Counted from the stretch's first letter, positions 16,456 to 24,918 are shown. The stretch: 32,000 nucleotides of DNA from Phycisphaera mikurensis NBRC 102666 (GCF_000284115.1 NC_017080.1:3750001-3782000); one strand, 5' to 3'. Numbers and translations: made by a program. Notes: generated by a model from the letters alone, not told the origin.

Positions 16456-17649
16456 TCAGGCGCCGCCGACCGCCAGCGCCTTACGCGTCGGCGTCGGGAT
16501 CGGCTGCTTCGGGGCGGCCGGCGGCCCCCCCGGGCACAGCGCCGAGCGGAGCAACGCCCACGCCCGCCGGTCCGCCGGCCGCTGCTTGAGGCACGCGCAG
16601 GCGTAGGAGAAGCCCGTGCGCCGCTCGCCGGAGGTGCTGGCCCACCAGCCCATCTGCAGCAGCGCCTCGTAGCGGGAGTTGCGGTCCTGGGCCGGCCGCC
16701 AGTGCTCCCGCGGCACCGACACCGGCGAGATGCCCCGGCGGGCGCAGGCCTCCAGCGCCGCCCGCTTGGTGTTCTCGAACTGCTCTTCCCGCCGCGAGCC
16801 GCTCATCGACTCGCTGAAGTAGCGGTAGCGCTGCAGCACCTCGGGCTGGTTCGCCAGCCGCCCGACCTCCGCCATCCGCAGCCACAGGTGCAGGTCTTCC
16901 GCCGACGCGAACGCGGGGTCGTAGCCGCCGAGCCGCATCGCCGTCTCGCGGTGGAAGAGCATCGCGGTGTGCTGCAGCGTGCAGACCCCGCGGAGCAGAC
17001 CGCCCTCGATCTCCTCGTGCGTGAGCGGGACCTCCAGGTCGCGCAGGCGCCGCCCGCGGCGGTCGATCAGCTCGACGAAGGCCCCCATCGCCACGGCCCC
17101 GGTGGACCCCGCGAAGGCCAGCTGGCTGGCCAAGCGGCCCGGCAGCATCACGTCGTCGGCGTCGCAGCGGGCGATCCACGGCGAGCGGGCAACGCTCATC
17201 CCGGCGTTGAGACCGTGGCAGATGTCGACGTTGCGGTCGAAGCGGAGCACCCGCACGCGCGGGTCCGCCTCGGCGGCCGCCCGCAGCATCGCGGTGGTGC
17301 CGTCGCTGGAGGCGTCGTCGATCGCCACCAGCTCGAAGCGGCAGCCCCGCTGGCCGAGGACGCTGGCGAGGACCTCGGCGAGAAACGCTTCCCCGTTGTG
17401 GACCGGCATGAGGACCGAGACGTCCGGGGGAGGCCCCGCCGCGTCCTCGGCGGGCTGGACCCCCTCGGCCCAGGTCGGCGTGGCGGGCGGCTCCGGCATC
17501 GCACGCTCCGCCTCGGGAGGGAGGGGCGCGAGGTCGGGTTCTGGGCAGGCGGGTGCTTCCATGGCGGTCAGGGGCATTGGAGATCGGGCACGAACGCCCC
17601 CGCCGCGGGGCTTGCGGGCGTTATCGACCGCCGCCGCCGGCGGCTCCAC
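16456..17649 (-). CDS. Glycosyltransferase family 2
   Basis: GT-A motifs are VSVLMPVHNGEAFLAEVLASVLGQ, ELVAIDDASSDGT, ARCDADDV (DxD) and AEDLHLWLRM. The longest ORF start (17649) overlaps the upstream GT-C gene by 29 nt. In-frame ATGs at 17577, 17562 and 17499 are alternative starts. Confidence 0.85.
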   Translation of the reverse strand: MEPPAAAVDNARKPRGGGVRARSPMPLTAMEAPACPEPDLAPLPPEAERAMPEPPATPTWAEGVQPAEDAAGPPPDVSVLMPVHNGEAFLAEVLASVLGQRGCRFELVAIDDASSDGTTAMLRAAAEADPRVRVLRFDRNVDICHGLNAGMSVARSPWIARCDADDVMLPGRLASQLAFAGSTGAVAMGAFVELIDRRGRRLRDLEVPLTHEEIEGGLLRGVCTLQHTAMLFHRETAMRLGGYDPAFASAEDLHLWLRMAEVGRLANQPEVLQRYRYFSESMSGSRREEQFENTKRAALEACARRGISPVSVPREHWRPAQDRNSRYEALLQMGWWASTSGERRTGFSYACACLKQRPADRRAWALLRSALCPGGPPAAPKQPIPTPTRKALAVGGA

Positions 17650-19378
17650 CCGCCGCCCCGGCTTCCGCGGGGTCGCCCTCGGGGTCCGGGCCCCAGGCGA
17701 ACGCGCGGAGCCGGCAACCCGGCGGCAGGTCGATCGGGCGGCACGAGGCCTCGAGCCAGTCGGCCGCCGCGTCGGTGACGAAGGCGGGGGTCCGCCAGTG
17801 CTCGTCCTCGACGATCACCAGCCCGGTGGCGTGCGCGGCTCTCGCGGCGGCGAGTTCCTCCGGCTCGGTGATCACCGGCCGGCCGTCCTGCGGCTGCAGC
17901 CAGTCGGGGTCTTTGTCGACGTCCAGCGCGACCGAGAGGGTGAGGTCGAGCCGGCCGAAGAACCAGAGCGACTTGTTCCCGGCGCTGGCGATGACGACGC
18001 CGGCCCGCTCCACCCGCGGCCGCAGCACCGCGCTCGCCGCCGCCCAGTCGCTGCGTTGGAAGGGCGATCCGGAGAGGTCGCCGGCGAGCATCTGCACGCC
18101 GCGGGCGATGCCCGGCGACCGCCAGAAGAAGCCGTAGCCGACGACGAGCAGCACCGCCAGGGCCGCGGCGGCCACGCCGGCGGCCCGGGCCGCCGGGCGC
18201 CCGAGCCCCACGCCGCTCCCGAGCGTGCGGACGCCGGCGAGCACGAGCAGCGCGACGCCGCGGAGCGCCTCCGCCATGCCCAAAGCGGCGGCACCGAAGA
18301 GGAACGGCACCGCGTAGAGCAGGTAGCGGAAGGCTTTGGTGGGCACCAGCGAGTGCACCAGCAGCGGCACCAGGCCCATGACCAGGAAGAAGGCGAGGCC
18401 GCGGCGCCGGGCCGCGGCGGAGGGCCCGCCGCGCAGCACCGCCGCCGCCGCCCAGAGCGGCAGCAGGAGCCAGAAGGGCCGGTACCAGAGCCCGAGGCGG
18501 TCCGTGTAGAAGGTCGTGTTGTCCGCGTTGCTCTCCGCCCAGACGGCCGTGTCGGAGGTGACGCTGTCGATGTAGCCCGGCAGCCCGCCGAACCACATGC
18601 CCGCGGCGGCCAGCCCCACGACCGCCGCGGTCACGCCGGCGGACACCGCCCGCCGCCGCACCGGCCAGCCCCACCAGGCGACCAGCCCGACGAGCCCGCA
18701 CCAGATCGACGCCGCGAAGGCCGGCACCAGCGTGGTGGGCTGCATCAAGAGCCCCAGCGCCGCCGCCACCGAGGCGGCGGTCAGCCAGCCCGCCGCCCGC
18801 CCGCGCCGGCCCCGCTTCCACTCCCGCAGCGTGCGGTCCAGCGTCAGCGCCGCCAGCAGCACGAAGAGCGCCTGCGGCGTGTAGAAGCGGACCATCGAGC
18901 TGAACATCAGCGTGTGCACCGCCAGCCCCAGCGCCCCCGCGGCGATCAGCGCCGCGACCAGGCCGCCCCGGCGCGACAGCGTCCACGCCACCAACCCGGC
19001 CGTGGCCGCCCAAGCCAGTGCCCCGGGGATCCGCGCCGCGCCGAGCGTCGCGCCGAACAGCTGCTGGCTCGCATAGACCGACAAGCTGAAGAGCCAGGCC
19101 CGGTCGTACGGCGCCGCCTCGGGGGTGATCCGCAGCCCGCGCCCGGCCTCCAACGAGCGGGACACCAGCAGGTGGTAGTACTCGTCGGTCTGCGGGGTGG
19201 GGTTGGGGAAGGCCAGCGACAGCGCGAGCACCGCGAGGAAGACGCCCGCCGCGATCAGGAAGGCCGTGCCGCGGCGGACCGGATCCCACAGCCCGCTGGC
19301 CCGGAGCTCGGCGGGCGCGCCACCCCCGACGGGGGTGCCGGGCACCCGGCGCGTCACGGCTGTCGGGGATCGCGCCAT
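17621..19378 (-). CDS. GT-C fold membrane glycosyltransferase (GT39/GT83, ArnT/PMT-like)
   Basis: 585-aa ORF with roughly 10 or more hydrophobic helices. The first-loop motif is PQTDEYYHLLVSRSLEAG, the DE motif of ArnT/PMT-type enzymes. A ~190-aa soluble C-terminal domain follows. Confidence 0.8.
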   Translation of the reverse strand: MARSPTAVTRRVPGTPVGGGAPAELRASGLWDPVRRGTAFLIAAGVFLAVLALSLAFPNPTPQTDEYYHLLVSRSLEAGRGLRITPEAAPYDRAWLFSLSVYASQQLFGATLGAARIPGALAWAATAGLVAWTLSRRGGLVAALIAAGALGLAVHTLMFSSMVRFYTPQALFVLLAALTLDRTLREWKRGRRGRAAGWLTAASVAAALGLLMQPTTLVPAFAASIWCGLVGLVAWWGWPVRRRAVSAGVTAAVVGLAAAGMWFGGLPGYIDSVTSDTAVWAESNADNTTFYTDRLGLWYRPFWLLLPLWAAAAVLRGGPSAAARRRGLAFFLVMGLVPLLVHSLVPTKAFRYLLYAVPFLFGAAALGMAEALRGVALLVLAGVRTLGSGVGLGRPAARAAGVAAAALAVLLVVGYGFFWRSPGIARGVQMLAGDLSGSPFQRSDWAAASAVLRPRVERAGVVIASAGNKSLWFFGRLDLTLSVALDVDKDPDWLQPQDGRPVITEPEELAAARAAHATGLVIVEDEHWRTPAFVTDAAADWLEASCRPIDLPPGCRLRAFAWGPDPEGDPAEAGAAGGAAGGGGR

Positions 19379-19546
19379 CGTCTCTCACTCCGCACGGCCG
19401 GCCACGGCCCATCGGCTGAGGCGGGCTGCGAGCATCAGAGGGCGGCCCCCCGCGGTCGGAGCCCCGGGCCCGGGAGCCTCTGCCCGGGCCGCCCGCCCTT
19501 GGCCCCCGCCTCCCTAAACGGGTTCAAGAGCGCGAAGGCGAGGCCG

Positions 19547-20740
19547 TCAGAGGAGCCCGACCGCCGGCAGCTCCCCGATGATCGGCTTCACGTAGTCGAC
19601 GAACGCCTCCGTCACGCCCCGCTCGCCGCCGAGGAACGCCTCGGGCATGTGGCGGGTCAGCGCCGCGACCTCGGCGATGTCGATCGTCTTGTAGTCGACG
19701 GCGTAGGGCGAGGAGGAGGTGCGGACGATCGCGATCGAGCCCGATCCGCGGCCGCTCTCGAAGGCCGCCTTCACCGCTTCGCGGCCGGCCTGCCGGGCCT
19801 CCGCCGCGTCGACCTCGCTCACGCAGCCCACGAAGCTGCGCTGCAGGTAGCCGAAGGTGTCGGCCCGCACGCGGAGCTTCTGCCCGAGCCGGTCGCCGAG
19901 CTTCTTCTTCACGAGGTCCGCGAGGAGGTCGCCCAGGGCGCCCGTGCCGGAGAGCTGCACGTTGCCGTGGGCGTCCTTCTCCACGTCCTCCTGGAGCTTG
20001 GTGATGATGGCGTTGCCGTCGGCGTCGTGGATGCCCTCGCTCACGGCGACGAGGCAGCGGCCGAGCTTCTTGTAGACGCGCTCGACGTCGTCGATGAATT
20101 TCTCCTCGTCGAAGGTCACCTCCGGCACGCACACCAGGTGCGGCCCGCTGTCCTCGGCGACGACGCCGGCCAGGGAAGCGGCGGTGAGGAAGCCGGCGTG
20201 GCGGCCCATGACCACGTTGATCTTGATGCCCGGCAACGCCCGGTTGTCCAGGTCGTCGCCCATGAAGGCCTGCGCGACGAACTTGGCCGCGGAGCCGAAG
20301 CCGGGGGTGTGGTCGTTGACCTTCAGGTCGTTGTCGATCGTCTTGGGGACGTGGAAGGCCTTGAGGTCGTAGCCCTTGGCTCCCGCCATCTCGGCGACGA
20401 TGCGGCAGGTGTCCGAGCTGTCGTTGCCGCCGGCGTAGAAGAAGTAGCCGACGTCGTGCTTCGTGAAGCTCTCGAAGATCCGCTCGCAGTAGGCCGCGTC
20501 GGGCTTGTCGCGCGAGCTGCCCAGCGCCGAGGAGGGCGTGCCGGCGATGAGGTCCAGCTTCTCCGCGTCGATGCCGGTGAGGTCCGCGAAGTCGCCCCGG
20601 ACCACGCCGGCGACCGCGTGGCGGGCGCCGAGGATCTTGCCCGTGAAGTCGCTCCGCTGCTGCAGCGTCTCGACGACGCCCGCGAGCGACTGGTTGATGA
20701 CGGCCGTGGGGCCTCCGGATTGTCCGACGACGGCGTTCAT
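19547..20740 (-). CDS. pfp: Diphosphate (PPi)-dependent 6-phosphofructokinase
   Basis: Only the 3' half of ORF 19547..21934 is real; ATG at 20740 gives MNAVVGQSGGPTAVINQSL. PFK motifs are YAGGNDS, PKTIDNDL and MGRHAG. The Asp in GGND and the Lys in PKTIDND occupy the positions that distinguish PPi- from ATP-dependent enzymes (Gly/Gly in E. coli PfkA). Confidence 0.9.
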   Translation of the reverse strand: MNAVVGQSGGPTAVINQSLAGVVETLQQRSDFTGKILGARHAVAGVVRGDFADLTGIDAEKLDLIAGTPSSALGSSRDKPDAAYCERIFESFTKHDVGYFFYAGGNDSSDTCRIVAEMAGAKGYDLKAFHVPKTIDNDLKVNDHTPGFGSAAKFVAQAFMGDDLDNRALPGIKINVVMGRHAGFLTAASLAGVVAEDSGPHLVCVPEVTFDEEKFIDDVERVYKKLGRCLVAVSEGIHDADGNAIITKLQEDVEKDAHGNVQLSGTGALGDLLADLVKKKLGDRLGQKLRVRADTFGYLQRSFVGCVSEVDAAEARQAGREAVKAAFESGRGSGSIAIVRTSSSPYAVDYKTIDIAEVAALTRHMPEAFLGGERGVTEAFVDYVKPIIGELPAVGLL

Positions 20741-20805
20741 GATTCGTTCCGCGGAGTGAGGGTGGGGCTGGATTGCGTGGGGACCGTACCGCACGATCTC
20801 AAGCC

Positions 20806-20833
20806 GGCGGGGCGGGGGCTTCACCGCCCCGCC
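20806..20833. terminator. Strong GC hairpin in the rhomboid-pfp spacer
   Basis: GGCGGGGCGG-gggcttca-CCGCCCCGCC forms a perfect 10-bp stem with an 8-nt loop. It could be a terminator or a 5'-UTR structure of pfp. Confidence 0.4.
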
Positions 20834-20874
20834 TTCGGGGCCCGTTCCGCGTCGCAACCGCTTCCCGCGCGGCC

Positions 20875-20920
20875 CCGCGGACCGCGGGCTTCCGAGCCCC
20901 GCGAACGCCGCGGTCCGCGG
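20875..20920. repeat. REP-like inverted-repeat hairpin, locus B (13-bp stem, 20-nt loop)
   Basis: CCGCGGACCGCGG (20875-20887) and CCGCGGTCCGCGG (20908-20920) are exact reverse complements. The element starts 3 nt beyond the rhomboid stop codon (20923-20925). Confidence 0.75.
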
Positions 20921-20922
20921 AT

Positions 20923-21981
20923 TCAATCGGTCGCCGCCCGGGCGCCGGCGAGCACCTTCTCCGCGAGCTCGCGGTCCGCGCCGCCGAGCTTCGCGACGGC
21001 CGGTCCCAGCAGCTCGGCGGCGCGGCGGGGGTTGCCGAGGTCGCGGGCGTGCAGGAGCGCGGCGAGCAGGGCGACGCGCGGCGCCTGCGGGTCGGCGGGG
21101 TGCCGCCGCAGGAAGCCCTCGTAAGCGGCGGCGGCCTCGGCGGGCCGGCCGTCGGCCGACATCGCGTTGGCCGCGTCGAGCTCGGCGCCGGCGTCCGCCG
21201 CCGGCGGCGCCGCGCTCCCACCCCCGGCCCGGTCCGCCTTGGCCCGGCGCCTCTGGGCCAGCGTGCTGAGCATGTCGCTGTCCTCCCCAGGCAGCAGCCG
21301 CGTCATCAGCAAGAACATGCCGACCAGGAAGCCGGTGAGGTAGCCGGCGAGGTGCGCCTCGTACGCGACGTTGCCGATGCTCAGGAGATTGAACAGCAGG
21401 TCCTGCCCGACGCGGAAGCAGATCAAGACCACCGCGGAGACCTCGAAGCGGCCGATCGCGATCAGGAACCAGTACCAGATCGTCACGTCCAGCCGCGGGA
21501 ACAGCGCCAGGAAGATCCCGGTGACCGCGGCGACCGAGCCCGAGGCTCCCAGCACCGGCGAGGACGACGTCAGCACGTGCGCCCAGCCGGCCAGCACGCC
21601 GCCGGCGAGGTAGAAGAGCAGGTACGGCAGCTTGCCCAGCCGGTCCTCCACGGCGCAGCCGAAGGCGTAGAGGAAGACCATGTTCCCGGTGAGGTGCCAG
21701 AGGTTCTGGTGCAGGAACGGGTACGTGAAGAACTGGTGCAGCCGCGGGTACGCCGGCTGCAGGTAGCTCGTGTAGACGAGGTTGGAGTTCCAGCCGGCGA
21801 GCAGGTCGGGCCGCTGGATGCCCGCGTTGAGGCTCTCCTGCAGCTGGGTCATCTGGTCGCCGAGGGCGAGGATCGACCGCTCGCTCACGAGGAACACCAG
21901 GACGTTCAACCCGATGATCGCGTAGGTCAGCCACGGCATCGCCCGCAGAGGCCGGTCGGTGCCGAGGGGGAAGAAGAGCAT
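20923..21981 (-). CDS. Rhomboid-family intramembrane serine protease with C-terminal TPR-like tail
   Basis: ORF 20923..22050; the ATG at 21981 (MLFFPLGTDRPLRAMPWLTYAIIGLNVLVF) is the likely start. Rhomboid motifs are HQNLWHLTGNM, GASGSV (catalytic Ser) and AHLAGYLTG (catalytic His). The C-terminal ~90 aa are helical and TPR-like: AAAAYEGFLRRHPADPQAPRVALLAALLHARDLGNPRRAAELL. Confidence 0.88.
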   Translation of the reverse strand: MLFFPLGTDRPLRAMPWLTYAIIGLNVLVFLVSERSILALGDQMTQLQESLNAGIQRPDLLAGWNSNLVYTSYLQPAYPRLHQFFTYPFLHQNLWHLTGNMVFLYAFGCAVEDRLGKLPYLLFYLAGGVLAGWAHVLTSSSPVLGASGSVAAVTGIFLALFPRLDVTIWYWFLIAIGRFEVSAVVLICFRVGQDLLFNLLSIGNVAYEAHLAGYLTGFLVGMFLLMTRLLPGEDSDMLSTLAQRRRAKADRAGGGSAAPPAADAGAELDAANAMSADGRPAEAAAAYEGFLRRHPADPQAPRVALLAALLHARDLGNPRRAAELLGPAVAKLGGADRELAEKVLAGARAATD

Positions 21982-22082
21982 GCGGCGGGTGCGGGGTGCG
22001 GGCGGGGTGCGGGCGGGCCTGGGGCGGCGTGGTGGCGTGGCGGCGTACACCGCGATGCCTCGCGGCCGCGCCCGGCCGGGGT

Positions 22083-23105
22083 TCAGCGGGCGGGGATCAC
22101 GGTCCAGACGCGGCCGTCGACGGGCAGGGGCGGCACGAGCGACACGGTCAGCTCGCGGCTGCGGCCCGCGGCGAGGCCGCCGGGCACCGAGACGCCCCAG
22201 GCCGCCGCGTCGGGCGGATCGACCGAGAGGTGCAGGCGCAGAGGCCCCGCCACGGCCTCGCCGTCGTTGCGGAGGGTGACCGCGATCCGCCGCGTCTGCC
22301 CGAGCGGGTCGGCCTCGGGCATCGCCGCGACCGCGACGCCGGGGAGGGGCTCGGGCCGGCCGGCGGCGGTGGAACGCGCGTACACCGTGGCGGGCTCGGC
22401 GGTCGGGGCGGGCGGCGCCGCGGCCGCGATGGGGGCCGGCCGGGGCGCCGGCTCGGGCGCCCGCTCGGCGGGCGCTTCTCCGAGCAGGGCGAACAGCCCG
22501 CCGATGAAGCCCGCCGCCAGCCCCACCGCGAGCACCACGACCAGCGTCAGCCGGCGTCGCGAGCGGGCCCGCTCCGCCGCCTCGCGCCGCTCGCGGGCGC
22601 GGGCTTTGCGGAGCTGGTCGCGGGTGGGCGGCGCCTCGATCGGCCTCGGCGGCGGGGCGTCGCGGCGCCCGCCGCCGGCGGGCCCCGGCGCCGGGCCGTC
22701 GTCCTCGTCGGGTGCCAGCTCCGCCGGCACGCCGATGCCCGAGTCCGCCGCGCCCTTGAACGAGCCGTGGGCGCCGGTGTTCCCGGGGAAGCCGGCTTCG
22801 CCCTCCGACTCGCCGTCGCCGCCCCCATGGGCGTCCTCCGCCCCGTGCATCAGGCCCGAGAGCCCCGAAAGCCCGACCATCGCCTCCGGCTCCTCGCCCT
22901 GGAGCACGTCCTCCTCGGGCTCCCCGCCTCGCGATCCGGCCCGGCCGCCGGCGAGGGCCGCGCCGCCGGGCCCGCCCCCCTCAAGCGTTTCGTCCTCGAT
23001 CCGGAAGACCTCCTCGCACGCCGGGCAGGCCACCTGCGCCCCGATGCGCACGAAGGAAGACTCCTGGACGTGTCCGCAACGGGGGCAGTGGAAGCGGTAC
23101 TTCAT
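22083..23105 (-). CDS. Zinc-ribbon / disordered linker / single-TM / beta-rich (CARDB-like) domain protein, function unknown
   Basis: 340-aa ORF. The N-terminus MKYRFHCPRCGHVQESSFVRIGAQVACPACEEVFRI has two CxxC pairs and is MJ0042-type zinc-ribbon-like. A Gly/Asp/Glu/Pro-rich region follows, then RKARARERREAAERARSRRR and the TM helix LTLVVVLAVGLAAGFIGGLFALLG. The C-terminal block is RRIAVTLRNDGEAVAGPLRLHLSV...GLAAGRSRELTVSL. Confidence 0.7.
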   Translation of the reverse strand: MKYRFHCPRCGHVQESSFVRIGAQVACPACEEVFRIEDETLEGGGPGGAALAGGRAGSRGGEPEEDVLQGEEPEAMVGLSGLSGLMHGAEDAHGGGDGESEGEAGFPGNTGAHGSFKGAADSGIGVPAELAPDEDDGPAPGPAGGGRRDAPPPRPIEAPPTRDQLRKARARERREAAERARSRRRLTLVVVLAVGLAAGFIGGLFALLGEAPAERAPEPAPRPAPIAAAAPPAPTAEPATVYARSTAAGRPEPLPGVAVAAMPEADPLGQTRRIAVTLRNDGEAVAGPLRLHLSVDPPDAAAWGVSVPGGLAAGRSRELTVSLVPPLPVDGRVWTVIPAR

Positions 23106-23241
23106 CCGCTGCGGAGCTTATGGAGGCACCGGCCGCCCGGCCCCGCCGGGTCGCGGCCGCCGGGGCCGCTGGGGGGGGGCCCTGGGCCCGGCCCGCGTCG
23201 CCGCCTCGACAAGGGCGGGCTCTTCGGCGACGCTCCCGCCC

Positions 23242-24072
23242 ATGAGCTTCACCCCCCCCGACCCGGCGGCCACGCCCCGGGCACCCGGCGAGATCTCCGC
23301 CGGCACCGACGGCGCCACCGGCCGCGTGACCCCCTACGGCGCGCACGTGTTCTCGTGGATCCCCGCCGGGCACGACGAGGTGCTGTACGTCTCACCGCGG
23401 GCGGTCCTGGATGGCAGCAAGCCGATCCGCGGCGGCATCCCGGTGTGCTTCCCGTGGTTCGGCGCCGGCGGGTCCGGCGACGCCACGCCCGCCCACGGCA
23501 CCGTGCGCCGCGACACCTGGGAGGTGAGGGAACGCCGCGGCGACGGCGCGGCCTTCGCGACGCGGGCGGGCGGCTTCGGCATCTCGCTGGACGCGAGCTT
23601 CGGCGACACGCTGACGCTCCGCGTCGCCGTCACCCGCACGGCCGACGACGCCGCGGCCTTCGAACTCGCCCTGCACAGCTACTTCGCGGTCTCCGAGGCC
23701 TCGGCGGTGTCGGTCACCGGCCTCGCCGGCGCCCGCGGCCTCGACAGCCTCACCGGCGAGACCTTCGAGCAGGACACCGAGCCCATCCGCTTCGCCGCCG
23801 AATACGACCGCGTCTTCACCGGCTGCCCCGGCCCGCAGACGCTGCACGATCCGGGCCTGAAGCGGAAGATCGTCATCACCCCGGACAACCTGCCCTCAGC
23901 GATCGTGTGGAACCCCCACGCCGCGAAGGCCGGCCGCATGAGCGACCTCGGCGCCGACCAGTACCCGCGTTTCGTCTGCATCGAGAGCGGACGCGTGCGG
24001 CAGGACGCGGTCACGCTGCGGCCCGGCGAAACCTTCGAAGCGTCCGTCGGGATCGCGGTCGAGGCGGCCTGA
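23242..24072 (+). CDS. D-hexose-6-phosphate mutarotase (glucose-6-phosphate 1-epimerase, YeaD-like)
   Basis: Only the 3' end of ORF 20773..24072 is real; ATG at 23242 is in frame. YeaD-like blocks are GAHVFSWIPAGHDEVLYVS, IRGGIPVCFPWFG, PAHGTVRRDTWEV, LHSYFAV, AIVWNP and FVCIESG. Confidence 0.88.
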   Translation: MSFTPPDPAATPRAPGEISAGTDGATGRVTPYGAHVFSWIPAGHDEVLYVSPRAVLDGSKPIRGGIPVCFPWFGAGGSGDATPAHGTVRRDTWEVRERRGDGAAFATRAGGFGISLDASFGDTLTLRVAVTRTADDAAAFELALHSYFAVSEASAVSVTGLAGARGLDSLTGETFEQDTEPIRFAAEYDRVFTGCPGPQTLHDPGLKRKIVITPDNLPSAIVWNPHAAKAGRMSDLGADQYPRFVCIESGRVRQDAVTLRPGETFEASVGIAVEAA

Positions 24073-24078
24073 GCGGAT

Positions 24079-24124
24079 CCGCGGACCGCGGGTCAGCGGG
24101 GCCCGCTGGCCTCGCGGTCCGCGG
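24079..24124. repeat. REP-like inverted-repeat hairpin, locus C (12-13-bp stem, ~21-nt loop)
   Basis: CCGCGGACCGCGG (24079-24091), preceded by GGAT, pairs with CGCGGTCCGCGG (24113-24124). It spans the convergent stops of the epimerase (24072) and LOG (24093) genes. The distal arm lies in the last LOG codons. Confidence 0.75.
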
Positions 24125-24662
24125 GAACGACCGCGTCCAGCGCAGCGAGGGCCTCCTCCGCCGTCGCCACGAAGCGGTACGCCTCGCGGTACGCCGGGCC
24201 CGCGAAGCGGGCGGCCTCGAAGTGGTCGAACAGCGTCCGCAGGGGCGACCAGAAGCCCGCGACGTCGACGATGACCACCGGCTTGTTGTGGTAGTTGAGG
24301 AAGCGGTGCGTCACCACCTCGGCCACCTCCTCCAGCGTGCCGAAGCCTCCGGGCAGCACGACGAAAGCGTCCGCGCGGTCGTCCATCACCTGCTTCCGCT
24401 CCCGCATCGTCTCCACCACGACGAGCTCGTCGGAGGCCTCGAACGCCAGCTCTCGACGCATCATCGCCCGGGGGATGACGCCGGTGACCGCCCCGCCGGC
24501 GGCCTGGGTCGCCCGGGCAACCCGGCCCATCAGACCGACGGAGCCGCCCCCGTACACCAGGCGCCAGCCCCGCCGCCCGACCTCCCGCCCCGTCGCCTCC
24601 GCCGCGGCCGCGAACGCCGGGTCGTCGCCGTCGCCCGAACCACAGAACACGGCGATCTTCAT
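24093..24662 (-). CDS. LOG-family protein (TIGR00730; cytokinin riboside 5'-monophosphate phosphoribohydrolase-like)
   Basis: The ATG at 24662 gives MKIAVFCGS. LOG motifs are LVYGGGSVGLMG and PGGFGTLEEV. The ORF track begins 9 nt upstream at a TTG. Confidence 0.9.
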   Translation of the reverse strand: MKIAVFCGSGDGDDPAFAAAAEATGREVGRRGWRLVYGGGSVGLMGRVARATQAAGGAVTGVIPRAMMRRELAFEASDELVVVETMRERKQVMDDRADAFVVLPGGFGTLEEVAEVVTHRFLNYHNKPVVIVDVAGFWSPLRTLFDHFEAARFAGPAYREAYRFVATAEEALAALDAVVPADREASGPR

Positions 24663-24756
24663 GCCGGGCAACGTAGAGGTTGCGCGGCGCCCGGGTCTCC
24701 GCGAGCCACCCGCACCACGGCCAGCGGCCGGCTCGGTCGTGGCCGTGGTCCCGGTC

Positions 24757-24891
24757 CACCCGCGTCTTCTCGCCGGTGTCGAGGTCGCAGCGGGCGGCGA
24801 CGAGCTCGATCTTCCCGCCCTTGGCGGCGGGACCGACGCACGGCCGGCTCTTGCTCAGGCTCTCGACGGTCTGGCGGGCGTTCTCGGCGTA
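24757..24891 (-). pseudogene. Possible remnant of a beta-carbonic-anhydrase C-terminus (no start codon)
   Basis: The minus-strand frame directly after the GH42-like stop reads YAENARQTVESLSKSRPCVGPAAKGGKIELVAARCDLDTGEKTRV. This resembles the C-terminal pattern of Cab-type beta-CAs as I remember it: ENV..QV..L..S.P.......G.L.IVGA.YDLDTG.V. There is no ATG/GTG/TTG between the upstream in-frame stop (24919-24921) and 24759. Confidence 0.35.
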
Positions 24892-24918
24892 GGAGGCAGA
24901 CCCGGTGCGGGAGCGGCC

